DNA of 64,000 nucleotides, from contig CAVRVQ010000007.1 of NCBI GenBank assembly GCA_963724685.1, positions 284,668-348,667 on the forward strand. The letters are read 5' to 3'. The notes below the pieces were generated by a model. The model saw only the letters and a program-made list of their open reading frames with translations, made no database searches and had not been told where the DNA came from. A program made the position numbers and the translations under genes. Positions 1 through 10,879 of this stretch are shown piece after piece. The stretch's first letter is position 1. Every line of letters begins with the position of its first letter. This stretch comes from an uncultured beta proteobacterium. GTDB lineage: Bacteria > Pseudomonadota > Gammaproteobacteria > Burkholderiales > Casimicrobiaceae.

Positions 1-692
1 TGATCTCGCCCGATTCCATCACGTAGCCGCGATTGCTGACCTCGAGCGCGAGCTTCGCGTTCTGCTCGATCAGCAGGATCGTGACGCCCTCGCCCGACAC
101 CTTGAGCACCGTTTCGAATACCTTCTGCACCATGAGCGGAGCGAGACCCATCGAAGGCTCGTCCAGCAGCAGGAGCTTGGGTTTCGACATCAGCGCGCGT
201 CCCATCGCGAGCATCTGCTGTTCGCCGCCCGACAGCGTGCCCGCGGTCTGCCGGCGCCGCTCCTTCAGGCGCGGGAAGAGCGCGAATATGCGCTCGATGT
301 CCTCGCGAATCGCCGCCCGGTCGTTCCGGATGTAGGCGCCCATCGCGAGGTTCTCCTCGATGGTCAGCGCGCCGAACACGCCGCGGCCCTCGGGCACCAT
401 GGCGAGACCCTTGCGCACGAGCTCGAAGGCGGGACGGCCCGTCACGTTCTCGCCGGCGTAGCGGATGGCGCCGTCCTTCACCGGCTGCAGACCGGTGATT
501 CCCTTCAGCGTCGTCGTCTTGCCGGCACCGTTGGTGCCGATCAGGCAGACGAGCTCGCCGCGGTCGACATGGAGGTCGATGCCCTTGACCGCGTGGATGC
601 CGCCGTACGCGATCTCGACGCGCGAGAGCTCGAGCAGCGCGTTTCCGTTGCCGGACCGGTTCGCGCCTTGGGGACGGTCTGGCGGCGCTCAC
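1..692 (-). CDS. livF: Branched-chain amino acid ABC transporter ATP-binding protein LivF (C-terminal end runs off left edge)
   Basis: Minus-strand translation of 1-637 is continuous: LLELSRVEIAYGGIHAVKGIDLHVDRGELVCLIGTNGAGKTTTLK ... LSGGEQQMLAMGRAL ... LLLLDEPSMGLAP (Walker A, ABC signature, Walker B). Absent from the ORF track because it runs off the edge. Start is unresolved: the only nearby start codon, GTG 692-690, overlaps the livG stop and is out of frame with the body. Confidence 0.85.
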   Translation of the reverse strand, partial: MSAARPSPRREPVRQRKRAARALARRDRVRRHPRGQGHRPPCRPRRARLPDRHQRCRQDDDAEGNHRSAAGEGRRHPLRRRERDGPSRLRARAQGSRHGARGPRRVRRADHRGEPRDGRLHPERPGGDSRGHRAHIRALPAPEGAAPADRGHAVGRRTADARDGTRADVETQAPAAGRAFDGSRSAHGAEGIRNGAQGVGRGRHDPADRAEREARARGQQSRLRDGIGRD

Positions 693-1520
693 GCCGCGCC
701 CTTGAGGTTGAGCAGGACCTCGCCGCCGAGATAGGCGGCGATCACGTGCGGGTCCTTCTGCACCTCGGCCGCCGAGCCTTCGGCGATCTTCTTGCCGTAG
801 TCGAGCACCAGTACGCGGTCGCAGACGCTCATCACGAGCTTCATGTCGTGCTCGATCAGCAGGATCGTCGTGCCGTCGCGGCGGATGTTGGCGAGCAGGC
901 CCTTGAGCGACGCCGTCTCGGTGGCGTTCATTCCCGCCGCCGGCTCGTCCAGCGCCAGGAGCTTGGGCTCGGTGGCGAGTGCCCGGGCGATCTCGAGCCG
1001 ACGCTGGTCGCCGTACGCAAGGTGCCGGGCCAGCGTGTTGGCGCGCTTCGCGACGCCGACGTAGTCGAGGAGCTCGTGCGCGCGCTTCTCGATCGCCTTT
1101 TCCTCGGCGCGCGTCTTCGCGTCGCGCAGGATCGCGCCGAAGACGTTGCCGTGCGTGCGCACGTGGCGGCCGATCATCACGTTCTCGAGCGCGGAGAGGT
1201 TCGCGAAGAGCCGGATGTTCTGGAACGTGCGGGCGATCCCGCGCTCGGCCACTTCGTTCGGCTTGAGTCCGTTGAGCGGCTGGCCGTCGAAGGTGAACTC
1301 GCCGCCGTCGGAGGTGTAGATGCCGGTCAGCACGTTGAAGAGGCTCGTCTTGCCGGCGCCGTTGGGACCGATCAGGCCGTAGATCTCGCCGTGGTTGATC
1401 GTGAAGCCGACATCGGCGAGCGCATGCACGCCGCCGAAGCGCTTGCTGATGCCCTTCGCGGCGAGGAGCGCGAGATGCTGTTGCGGTTCATCGATGCGCC
1501 GTCGTCCCGGTCTCGCTCAT
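689..1520 (-). CDS. livG: Branched-chain amino acid ABC transporter ATP-binding protein LivG (one frame switch near 1495)
   Basis: ORF 689-1429 carries [23 protein letters not shown] and [12 protein letters not shown]. The first ~10 codons ([10 protein letters not shown]) are in another frame, starting at ATG 1520, which overlaps the livM stop (ATGA). Confidence 0.9.
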
Positions 1521-2590
1521 TTCGTCTCCAGCTCGCGCTTGCGCAGCGCCGAGGGGAGGATGCCGGCCGGCCGGTACAGCATCATCAGCACCAGCGCGAG
1601 GCCGAAGAGCAGCATCCGTATGACCTCGGGGTCGATCAGCATCCGGCCGAAGAGGGCCTTCTGCAGCGGCTCGACCGTGTAGCGCAGCACCTCGGGCACG
1701 AACGACAGCAGGACGGCACCCAGGATCACGCCGAAGACATTGCCCATCCCCCCGAGCACGACCATCGACAGCACCATCACCGATTCGACGAGCACGAAGC
1801 TCTCCGGACTGATGAAGCCCTGCGTGGCCGAGAAGATGCCGCCGGAAATGCCACCGAACGATGCACCCATCGCGAAGGCGAGGAGCTTCATGTTCCGGGT
1901 GTTGATGCCCATCGCGCGGGCGGCGATCTCGTCCTCGCGGATCGCCTCCCAGGCGCGGCCGATCCGCGAATTCTGCAGGCGCAGATTGATGACGATGATC
2001 ACGATCACCAGCAGCACCAGGAAGTAGTAGTACTTGATCGGCCCCGTGAAGATCGAGTCCGCCGACCGTGTCGGGGGTGGCGAAGTTGAAGCTGCCGATC
2101 CGGAACGGATCGATCAGCGTGATGCCCTGCGGCCCGTTGGTGAGGTTCACCGGCTGCGACAGGTTGTTGAGGAAGATCCGGATGATCTCGCCGAAACCGA
2201 GCGTCACGATCGCGAGATAGTCGCCGCGCAGCTTCAACGTGGGCGCGCCGAGGAGCACGCCGAAGAGGCAGGCGACGGCGGCGCCGATCGGCAGGATGAT
2301 CCAGAACGGCAGATGCAGGTCGAAGTGCGGGGATGCGAGCAGCGCGTAGACGTAGGCGCCCACCGCATAGAACGCGATGTAGCCGAGATCGAGCAATCCG
2401 GCGAAGCCGACGACGATGTTGAGGCCGAGCGACAAGCAGCACGAACAGGATCGCGAGGTTCGTGATGCGCACCCATGCCGTGCCGATCCCGGCGAGCACG
2501 AATGGCAGCAGCACGAGCGCGACGCCGACCAGGACGATGCCCAGCCACGCGCCCCGCGGATACTTCTGTCCGGTCGAAGAATTGCTGCAT
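1517..2590 (-). CDS. livM: Branched-chain amino acid ABC transporter permease LivM (frame switches near 2570, 2440, 2040)
   Basis: Four track fragments join into one LivM-type permease: MQQFF (ATG 2590, AGGAGG 6 nt upstream); [24 protein letters not shown]; [27 protein letters not shown]; and C-terminal ORF 1517-2017. Confidence 0.88.
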
Positions 2591-2600
2591 AGCGGGCCTC

Positions 2601-3605
2601 CTACGCGCGGTCGCTGACGCGCTCGCCCAGGAGGCCGGACGGCCGGAAGATGAGCACCGCGATCAGCACCAGGAACGCGAACACGTCCTGGTAGTTGGAG
2701 CCGAACAGCGTCAGGTTCGGATCGTCCACGCAGCGCCTCGCGATGGCGTCGGACCACGACGCGATCTGGCAGAGATTGGTGAGATCGCCGACATAGCCCG
2801 CGCCCAGCGCCTCGATCAGTCCGAGCAGCACGCCGCCCAGCATCGCGCCCGCGAGGTTGCCGATGCCCCCCAGCACCGCGGCCGAGAACGCCTTCAGGCC
2901 GAGAATGAAGCCCATCTGGTAGTGCGCGATCCCGTAGTAGCTGCCGACCATGACGCCGGCGATCGCGCCGAGCGCGGCGCCGATGACGAACGTCACGGAG
3001 ATCACGAAATTGATGTCGATGCCCATCAGCCCCGCGACCTGCTGGTTCTGCGCGGTCGCGCGCATCGCGATGCCGAGCTTGGTCCGGTACACGAGCAGCG
3101 TCAGGCTCGCCATCAGCGCGAGCGAGGCGACGATGATCGCGATCTGCACGTTGGTGATCGTCGCGCCGTTGGGATGGTCGGTGAGATGGTATGAGACGGT
3201 CTGGACGATCTGCGGATATGGCAGCGGATTGCGGGTCCAGATGATCATCGCGAGGTGCTGCAGGATGATCGACAGGCCGATCGCGGTGATGAGCGGCGCC
3301 AGCCGCGGCGCGCGTCGCAGCGGGCGGTAGGCGACGCGCTCCAGCGTGTAGCCGATCGCCATGCAGACGGGGATCGCGACCAGCGTCGCCGCGATGACGA
3401 TCGCGAGCGGCGGCAGGCCCGTGTTCGCGCCCACGAGCGTGACGATCACGGAGTAGGCGACCATCGCGCCGATCATCACGACCTCGCCGTGCGCGAAGTT
3501 GATGAGCTGGATGATGCCGTACACCATCGTGTAGCCGAGGGCGACGATGGCGTAGACGCTGCCGAGCGTCAGCCCGTTGACGATCTGCTGCAGGAACGTG
3601 TCCAG
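2601..3605 (-). CDS. livH: Branched-chain amino acid ABC transporter permease LivH (intact)
   Basis: ORF 2601-3662 is uninterrupted. DTFLQQIVNGLTLGSVYAIVALGYTMVYGIIQLINFAHGE is the canonical LivH N-terminus. Homology begins at a CTG (3605) preceded by GGAGGGAG. The in-frame TTG at 3662 would add 19 non-conserved residues, so the start is uncertain. Confidence 0.88.
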   Translation of the reverse strand: MDTFLQQIVNGLTLGSVYAIVALGYTMVYGIIQLINFAHGEVVMIGAMVAYSVIVTLVGANTGLPPLAIVIAATLVAIPVCMAIGYTLERVAYRPLRRAPRLAPLITAIGLSIILQHLAMIIWTRNPLPYPQIVQTVSYHLTDHPNGATITNVQIAIIVASLALMASLTLLVYRTKLGIAMRATAQNQQVAGLMGIDINFVISVTFVIGAALGAIAGVMVGSYYGIAHYQMGFILGLKAFSAAVLGGIGNLAGAMLGGVLLGLIEALGAGYVGDLTNLCQIASWSDAIARRCVDDPNLTLFGSNYQDVFAFLVLIAVLIFRPSGLLGERVSDRA

Positions 3606-3683
3606 ACGAGGCTCCCTCCGACGCAGTTTCGCGATTGTGGGGTCGGCGCGATGCTGCGGCAACCCTGGTCCTGCCGGCGCCCC

Positions 3684-3716
3684 AAAAAAAACGGCGCCCG
3701 CGGGGGAGCGCCGTTT
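3684..3716 (-). terminator. Rho-independent terminator downstream of the livK-like gene
   Basis: On the minus strand: ACGGCGC-tcccccgcgg-GCGCCGT followed by T8 (7-bp GC stem plus U-tract). Confidence 0.75.
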
Positions 3717-3738
3717 CCGATGCGGTGCCGCCGAGCGC

Positions 3739-5023
3739 TACTTTTTCGGGGCGTCGTCTTGGCGGGAGCCGCTGCCGGGGCGGCCGCAGGGGCGGCCGGG
3801 GCTGCTGCCGCCATCTCCTTCATGAAGTCGTCGAACGTCGACGACTTGCCGGCCTTGACCACGCCGATCGGGTTGACCTTGCCGTCCTTCAGCGTGAAGA
3901 TCGTGATTTCGGCGTTCTTGCGGTCGCCTTTCTCGTCGAACTCGATCTTGCCGGTCGCGCCGTTGTAGCTGATCTTCTGCAGCTCGGGCAGGTACTTCGC
4001 GGGATCGGTCGAATCAGCCTTCTGCATTGCAGCGATCATCAGGCCGACCGAGTCGTAGAAGAACGGGGCGTACTGCTTGACTTCGCCGTACTTCGCCTTG
4101 AACGCGTCGTTGAACTCCTTGCTGGCCACCGAGGCAGGCAGGCCGGCTTGCGAGCAGATCAGGCCCTCGGCGGCAGCGCCGGCGAGCTTCTTCATTTCGT
4201 CGGTGCATGCACCGTCGCCGAAGCTGAATATCGCCTTGATGCCCAGTTCGCGCGCCTGCTTGATCATCGGGCCGCCCGTCGCGTCCATGCCGCCGTAGAA
4301 CACGACGTCGGGATTCTTGCCCTTTATCTTGGTCAGGATCGCCTTGAAGTCGGTCGTCTTGTCGGTCGCTTTCTCGCGCGCTACCACCTGGACGCCGGCG
4401 GCCTTCAGCGTCTTCTCGACTTCGTTGGCGAGACCTTCGCCGTACGCGGTCGCGTCGTCGGCGATCGCGACCTTCTTGACCTTTTGAGCCGCGAGGTACT
4501 GCGCCACCGCCGGGCCCTGCTGGTCGTCACGACCGACGACCCGGAAGATGTTCTTGAAGCCCTGCTCGGTCAGCTTCGGATTCGTCGCCGACCCCGATAC
4601 CATCGGGATGCCGGCCTGGTTGTAGACGGCCGAGGCCGGGATCGACACGCCGGAGTTCAGGTGGCCGGCAACGCCGGCGACCTTGGCGTCGACGAATTTC
4701 TGCGCGATCGTCGGGCCCATCTTCGGGTCGGCCTGGTCGTCTTCGCTCATCAGCTCGAACTTGACGGTCTTGCCGCCGATCTTCATCTTCCTCGCCGTGT
4801 GTTCGTCGACCGCGAGGCGCGCGCCGTTCTCGTCGTCCTTGCCGAGGTGCGCGATGCCGCCCGTCAGCGGACCGGCGTGGCCGATCTTGACGACCAGGAC
4901 GTCTTCGACGGGTGCGGCTGCCTTCGGGGCTTCGGCTTTTTTCGGTTCTTCCTTGCCGCAACCATAGAAGGTTACGAGCGCGGCCGCGACCAGCGACAGG
5001 CCGAGCTTACGGTTCATGTTCAT
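3739..5023 (-). CDS. livK: Leu/Ile/Val-type ABC substrate-binding lipoprotein (LivK/LivJ family); 3' end affected by a frame switch
   Basis: ORF 3569-5023 has the lipoprotein signal MNMNRKLGLSLVAAALVTFYGC, then a type-I periplasmic binding fold (VKIGHAGPLTGGIAHLGKD, ADDATAYGEGLA) and an Ala/Pro-rich tail. The track ORF reads through the terminator into livH. A TAG at ~3739-3741 in the adjacent frame, 22 nt before the hairpin, is the likely true stop. Confidence 0.85.
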
Positions 5024-5358
5024 TCAAATCCTCCGGGAATAGGGGTATGCCGACAGGGCAACAGGCAATTATTGGCCCTGTTCGGCATGTTGTCAATCCG
5101 CCCGACGGCGGTCCCGGCCGGGCGCTTTGCCGTTCGCGCGTGCGGGCTGCGGCCCGTCGGACCGGGCGGCGACCCGTCGCAGCGGGCTTTTCGATCCCCG
5201 GGGCGAACGCCTAAACTACGCGTCTTCGCGAATCCGAACCGCGGTCTCCCCGCATCCAAACGGGGGACATTCTTCGCGGGCCGGTCCCGGATACCCCGGA
5301 ACCGGCTTGATGCGCACGGCGACCGTCCCATCGGACGACGCCATCACGGGGGGCAGGC

Positions 5359-6565
5359 ATGGCAAAGCGGTGGACGGGCAGGCGCGTTATCGGCGCCGCG
5401 ATTGCGTTGGTGATCGTCGGCGCCATCGGCGGCACGATCGCGATGCGCATACTCAAGAAGGTCGACGACGCCCCGGGAGGCAAGGCCGCGGAGGTGGTCG
5501 TCCTCGAATTCACGCCGGCCGATCTCGCGAGGGTGGATGCGCAGCCCCTGTCGCGCTGGCTCCCGGTGTCGGGCGCCGTGCAGCCGCTGCGCCAGGCGAC
5601 GGTCAAGGCCAAGGTGTCGGGCGACGTGCGCCAGGTGCCGGTCCGGGAAGGCGAATCCGTGCGCTCCGGGCCAGTTGCTGGCGCGCATCGACACGGCCGA
5701 CCTCGAGGCCAAGCTCATCGAGCGAAGCGGCGCGCTCGAATCGGCGAGGGCCCAGCTCGCCATGGCCTCCAAGACGCAGGCGACGAATCAGCAGCTGCTG
5801 AAGCAGAACTTCATATCGCAGAACGCGTACGACAATTCCGAATCGAGTCTCGGCGTGTCGCAGGGCACCGTCAAATCGGCGGAAGCCCAGGTACAGCTCG
5901 CCCGCAACGCGCTGCGCGACGCCGTCGCCGTTTCTCCGCTTGCCGGAGTGGTGGCGAAGCGGCATGTCCAGGTCGGCGAGAAGGTGGCGTTCGATTCGCC
6001 GCTCGTCACCGTCGTCGATCTTACCGACATGGAGCTGCAGGCGGCCGTGCCTGCGGTGGACGTGCCGGAGCTTGCGATCGGCAAGGCGGTCGAGCTCACG
6101 ATCGACGGCTTCGGCGATCGCCGCTTCACCGGGCGCGTCGAGCGGATCAATCCCGCGGCCGAACCCGGAACGCGGGCGATTCTGGTCTACGTCGGAATTC
6201 CCAACCCCGACGGCGCGCTCCGAGGGGGAATGTTCGCCACGGGCCGCATCGCGCTCGCGGCCAGCGCCCCGGTGCCGACGCTGCCGGCGACGGCCGTGCG
6301 CACCGAGGCCGGACAGACGTTCGTGTGGACGGTCGAGGGCGGCAAGCTCGTGAAGCGCGTCGTCACGACCGGCCGTCGCGACGACGCCACGGGGCGCGTC
6401 GAGCTCAAGACCGCGCTGTCGCCCGATGCGCCCGTGCTGGCCGCGCGCTTCGACAACCTGAAGGACGGGGCGCCGGCGATCGTCAAGGCGCCGCTCCCGC
6501 GCCGCGTCCCCGCGTCGGCGCCGGCGACGACACCGACGTCCGGCCGGACGCAAGCGGCAGGCTGA
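5359..6565 (+). CDS. Efflux RND transporter periplasmic adaptor (HlyD/MFP family); one frame switch near 5665
   Basis: N-terminus in ORF 5359 (membrane anchor VIGAAIALVIVGAIGG, KAKVSGDVRQVPVREGESV). It continues in ORF 5537-6565 (GQLLARIDTADLEAKL ... AGVVAKRHVQVGEKV ... GMFATGRIAL). Confidence 0.85.
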
Positions 6566-6580
6566 CCGGGAACCACGGCC

Positions 6581-9500
6581 ATGTGGATCACCCGAGTCTC
6601 GATCAACAACCCGGTCTTCGCCACGATGGTGATGATCGGCATCGCCGTCCTGGGCCTCTTCGCGTACAACCGGCTGCGCGTCGAACAGATGCCCGACGTC
6701 AGCCTGCCTTACGTGCTGGTGCTGACGAGCTATCCGGGCGCGTCGCCCGAGGTCGTCGAGTCCGACGTCACGAAGCCGCTGGAATACGCGATCAACACGG
6801 TGTCGGGAGCGAGCCTGATCCGGTCGAACTCGAAGGAAGGGCGGAGCGAGGTCTTCGCCGAGTTCCGGATGTCGACGGACATGATGAAGGCGATGCAGGA
6901 CGTGCGCGACAAGATCGGGCAGGTGCGAACCGCCTTCCCGCGCGACGTCAAGGAACCCCTCGTCCTGCGCATCGAACAGGAAAACGCGCAGCCCGTGGTG
7001 TCGCTCGCCGTGCTGTCGCCGACGATGAACCTGCGCGACCTCACGTCGCTCACCGATCAGACGATCGTCAAGGCGCTCGAGAACGTTCCCGGCGTGGCGC
7101 GCATCGACGTCAGCGGGCGGGTGACCCGGCAGATCCTGGTCCAGATCAAGCCCAATGCGGTGACGTCGCTCGGCGTCGGCGTCGACCAGGTGATCAACGC
7201 GATCCGTGCCGCGAACCAGGATGTCCCGGCCGGGCGCATCACCCGCGGCCAGACCGACTCGATCGTGCGCATCGAGGGCAAGATCAAGGATCCGGCGCAG
7301 TTCGCCCGCATCATCGTCGCCCAGCAGGGCGGCGCGCCGGTCTACCTGTCGCAGGTCGCGGACGTCATCGACGGCGAAAAGGAGGAGACGTCGATCTCGC
7401 GGATCAACGGCCGTCCGTCGATCACGATCGACATCCAGAAGGCGCAGGACGCCAACATCGTCGACACCGGCCGCGGCATCACCGCTGCCATCGCATTGCT
7501 CAAGACCCGCCTGCCGGCCGACGTCGAGCTGCGCGTCGCCAATTCGACGGCCGACGCCGCCGAGCGAAGCGTCAACCGCGTGAAGTCGACGATTGTCGAG
7601 GGCGGCCTGCTGACCATTCTCATCGTCTTCCTGTTCCTGCACAGCTGGCGCAGCACGATCATCACGGGCCTCACGCTGCCGATCGCCGTCATCGCGACGT
7701 TCATTGCGTTGCACGCGATTCGGCTTCACGCTCAACTTCCTGACGCTGATGGCGCTGTCGCTCTGCATCGGCCTCCTGATCGACGACGCGATCGTCGTGC
7801 GCGAGAACATCGTGCGCCATCTCGGGCTCGGCAAGAATCACTGTCACCGCGGCGCGCGAGGGCACCGACGAAATCGGGCTCGCCGTGATGGCGACGACGT
7901 TCGCGATCGTCGCCGTGTTCGTGCCCATCGCGTTCATGAGCGGCATCGTCGGCCGCTTCTTCTTCCAGTTCGGCGTCACGGTCGCGGTGGCGGTGCTGGT
8001 ATCGCTGTTCGTCTCGTTCACGCTCGATCCCATGCTGTCGGCGGTCTGGCACGATCCGCCGGGCTCGCGCTTCAAGCGGCTGCCGTGGCTCGGCCGCTTC
8101 ATGGACAAGGTCGAGCAGCGGTATCGAGTGGCTGCACCGGTTCTACGGCGAGATCCTCGAGTGGGCGCTGGGCCACCGCAAGAGCGTGCATCGCGATCGC
8201 CGTCGTGTCGTTCTTCTCGAGCTTCGCGATCGTGCCTCTGGTCGGCACCGAGTTCGTCCCGCAGGCGGACGAAGGCTTCATCTCGCTGCGGCTCAACACG
8301 CCGGTCGGCTCGAGCCTCGAGTACACGGACAGCAAGGTGCGGCAGGTCGAGGCCGCGCTGAAGCCCTTCCCGGACATCGCGCTCGCGATGACCACGGTCG
8401 GATCGGAGGAGGGCCGCAACTATGCGCGGGTCAATCTGAAGCTCACCGATCGTGCCGCAGCGCAAGCGGACGCAGAAGGAGATCGAAGGCGCGATCCGGA
8501 AGGAGCTGAAGCCCATCCCGGGCATCGAGCTCGCCTTCGGCTTCGATCGGCCGGTGTGGGTCAACCTGCTGGGCCCGGATCCCGAGATGCTCACCACGCT
8601 GATCAATGAATTCGCGGCCAAGGTGGCGAAGGTGCAGGGCATCGCGGACCTCGAGACGTCCGAGAAGGCAGCGGCCCCCGCGTTGTCGATCCGGCTCAAC
8701 AACGACGCCGCGGCCGACGTCGGGCATCACGGTGCAGCAGGTGGGAGCGACGATCCGTCCGCTGCTGGCGGGCGACACGGTGAGCTACTGGCTCGGGCCC
8801 GACGGCCAGAATTACGAGGTGAACGTGCAGCTGCCGAAGGACAGCCGCCGCCTCGCGGCGGACTTGAGCAACCTCTATCTCAGCACGACCAAGAAAGGTC
8901 CGGACGGCGAGGCACGGATGGTCCCGCTGCGGCAGGTCGCCGAGATCGTCGAGACGACCTCGCCGCAGATCATCAAGCGGCAGGAGCTGCAGCGACGCGT
9001 CGCGCTGTACGCGAACGTCGAGGGACGCCCGTCCGGCGACGCCAACAAGGACGTGCAGAAGATCCTCAAGGAGTTCGCGCTGCCGCCGGGCTACCGGTTC
9101 GACGTCGGCGGGCAGGCGAAGGACATGGAGGAATCGTTCCAGGCGGCGCTCGCGGCGCTCGGCCTCGCGGTGATCTTCATCTACCTCATCCTCGCGTCGC
9201 AGTTCGCGAGCTTCACGCAGCCGTTCGCGATCATGGCCTCGCTGCCGTTCTCGCTGATCGGCGTGTTTCTCGCGCTGCTGCTGACCGGCACGACGCTCAA
9301 TCTCTTCTCGATGATCGGCTTCATCATGTTGATGGGCCTCGTGACGAAGAACGCCATCCTGCTCGTCGACTTCGCCAATCGCGCGCGCCGGGCGGGAGCG
9401 AGCCTGCACGACTCGCTGCTGCAGGCGGGGCAGGTGCGGTTGCGGCCGATCATGATGACGACGGCGGCGATGATCGGCGGGATGATGCCGCTGGCGCTCG

Positions 9501-9712
9501 GCATCGGCGAAGGCGGCGAGATCCAGGCGCCGATGGGGCGCGCGATCATCGGCGGCGTGATCACCTCGACGCTGCTGACGCTGGTGGTCGTCCCCGTGCT
9601 CTACACGTATCTCGACGGCATGCACGAGCGTCTGCGCGCGCGGCGCGCGGCGAAAGCCGCCGCGGCGGCCGGCACCGCAGGTTCGCATCCGACGCCTGCG
9701 CAGGGGGACTGA
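6581..9712 (+). CDS. Efflux RND transporter permease (AcrB/HAE family); about six frame switches (~7715, 7845, 8120, 8188, 8450, 8715)
   Basis: Fragments 6581-7888, 7704-8609, 7885-8361, 8186-8509, 8452-10056 and 8606-9712 each carry consecutive parts of one ~1040-aa RND permease ([20 protein letters not shown] ... [19 protein letters not shown] ... [20 protein letters not shown] ... VVPVLYTYL). Confidence 0.9.
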
Positions 9713-9836
9713 CGCCGGCAGACTCCTCTCGCGTTCATGCCGGCCGTAGCACGCGCCGGCCGGGCGACGCTGCAGAGCGACGTGCGATAATGTCGCCGCC
9801 GTATTCGGACACTTCGCAGACACATCGGTCATCGAT

Positions 9837-10490
9837 ATGGACATCGAGCAAGCCCGCTTCAACATGGTCGAGCAGCAGATCCGGACGTGGGAGGTTCTGG
9901 ACCAGAACGTCCTCGACTTGCTGTTCGCGGTGCGCCGCGAGGAATTCGTCCCGGCGGCGTACCGGTTGCTCGCGTTCGCGGATCTCGAGATCCCTCTGCG
10001 TTCCGGGGCCTCGATGTGGTCGCCCAAGATGGAAGCGCGCGTGCTGCAGGATCTGAAGCTCGAAGCGGGCGAGAGCGTGCTCGAGATCGGCACCGGCAGC
10101 GGCTATTTCACCGCGCTGCTGGCTGGCATGGGCGCGCGTGTGACAAGCGTGGAGATCGATTCGGCACGCTCGCGGCCGAAGCGAGGGCGAAACTCGCGCG
10201 CGCAGGGGTGGGTGCCGTCGAACTGGAAGCGGGCGACGGCGCGCGCGGTTGGGGCAGACGCCACCTACGATGCGATCGTGCTGACCGGTTCCACGCCGGT
10301 CCTGCCGGACCGGTTCGTCCAGCAGTTGAATCCCGGCGGTCGCGTTTTCGCCGTGGTTGGCGACACGCCGGTGATGACGGCGCGCATCGTGCGCTGGGTG
10401 GCGCCCGGCGCACTGACGACCCGAACGCTGTTCGAGACCGTGCTCGCGCCGCTTACGAACGCTGCCGTCGCGGCGCATTTCGAGTTTTGA
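9837..10490 (+). CDS. pcm: Protein-L-isoaspartate O-methyltransferase-like SAM methyltransferase; compensating frame-switch pair (~10165 and ~10258)
   Basis: ORF 9837-10490 has the SAM motif VLEIGTGSGYFTALLA. The internal segment LAAEARAKLARAGVGAVELEAGDGARGWG is read in the frame of ORF 9887, then the original frame resumes at DATYDAIVLTGS. Confidence 0.75.
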   Translation: MDIEQARFNMVEQQIRTWEVLDQNVLDLLFAVRREEFVPAAYRLLAFADLEIPLRSGASMWSPKMEARVLQDLKLEAGESVLEIGTGSGYFTALLAGMGARVTSVEIDSARSRPKRGRNSRAQGWVPSNWKRATARAVGADATYDAIVLTGSTPVLPDRFVQQLNPGGRVFAVVGDTPVMTARIVRWVAPGALTTRTLFETVLAPLTNAAVAAHFEF

Positions 10491-10815
10491 TACCGCAGCT
10501 CACTGCCGTCGAGCTCGCCCGCTGGCGCACCGACGCGGCGCGCGGCGCTCCGCTCGTGGTCGATGTCCGCGAGCCGTGGGAGTTCGAGTTGTGCCGGATC
10601 GACGGTGCGTTGTCTCGATTCCGCTCGGCGAGATCGCCGGACGCTTGGACGAGCTGCCGCGCGCGCGTCCGCTCGTGCTGGTCTGCCATCACGGAGGACG
10701 CAGCCAGCATGCGGCGATGCTGCTCGAGGGCGCCGGGTTCAAGGAGGTGTACAACCTCGCGGGTGGCGTGGAATCGTGGGCGGTCGACGTCGATTCGACC
10801 ATGAAGCGATACTGA
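10487..10815 (+). CDS. Rhodanese-domain sulfurtransferase (GlpE-like); one frame switch near 10610
   Basis: IPQLTAVELARWRTDAARGAPLVVDVREPWEFELCRIDGAL (frame of ORF 9887) joins IPLGEIAGRLDELPRARPLVLVCHHGGRSQHAAMLLEGAGFKEVYNLAGGVESW (ORF 10576-10815; active-site CHHGGRS loop). The TTG start at 10487 is tentative. Confidence 0.8.
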
Positions 10816-10879
10816 CGAACCCTAGCGGGGATGACCGCGCGGTCGCTCCGCGCGATAAATTGGAACTGGAACGCCCACG

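Noticed and set aside
3745-3800. Ala/Pro-rich tails of the LivK-like protein and of PilN (27760-27830) as copies of a shared repeat
   Set aside because: The nucleotide sequences are not alignable. Both are ordinary low-complexity linkers or tails encoded by GC-rich codons.
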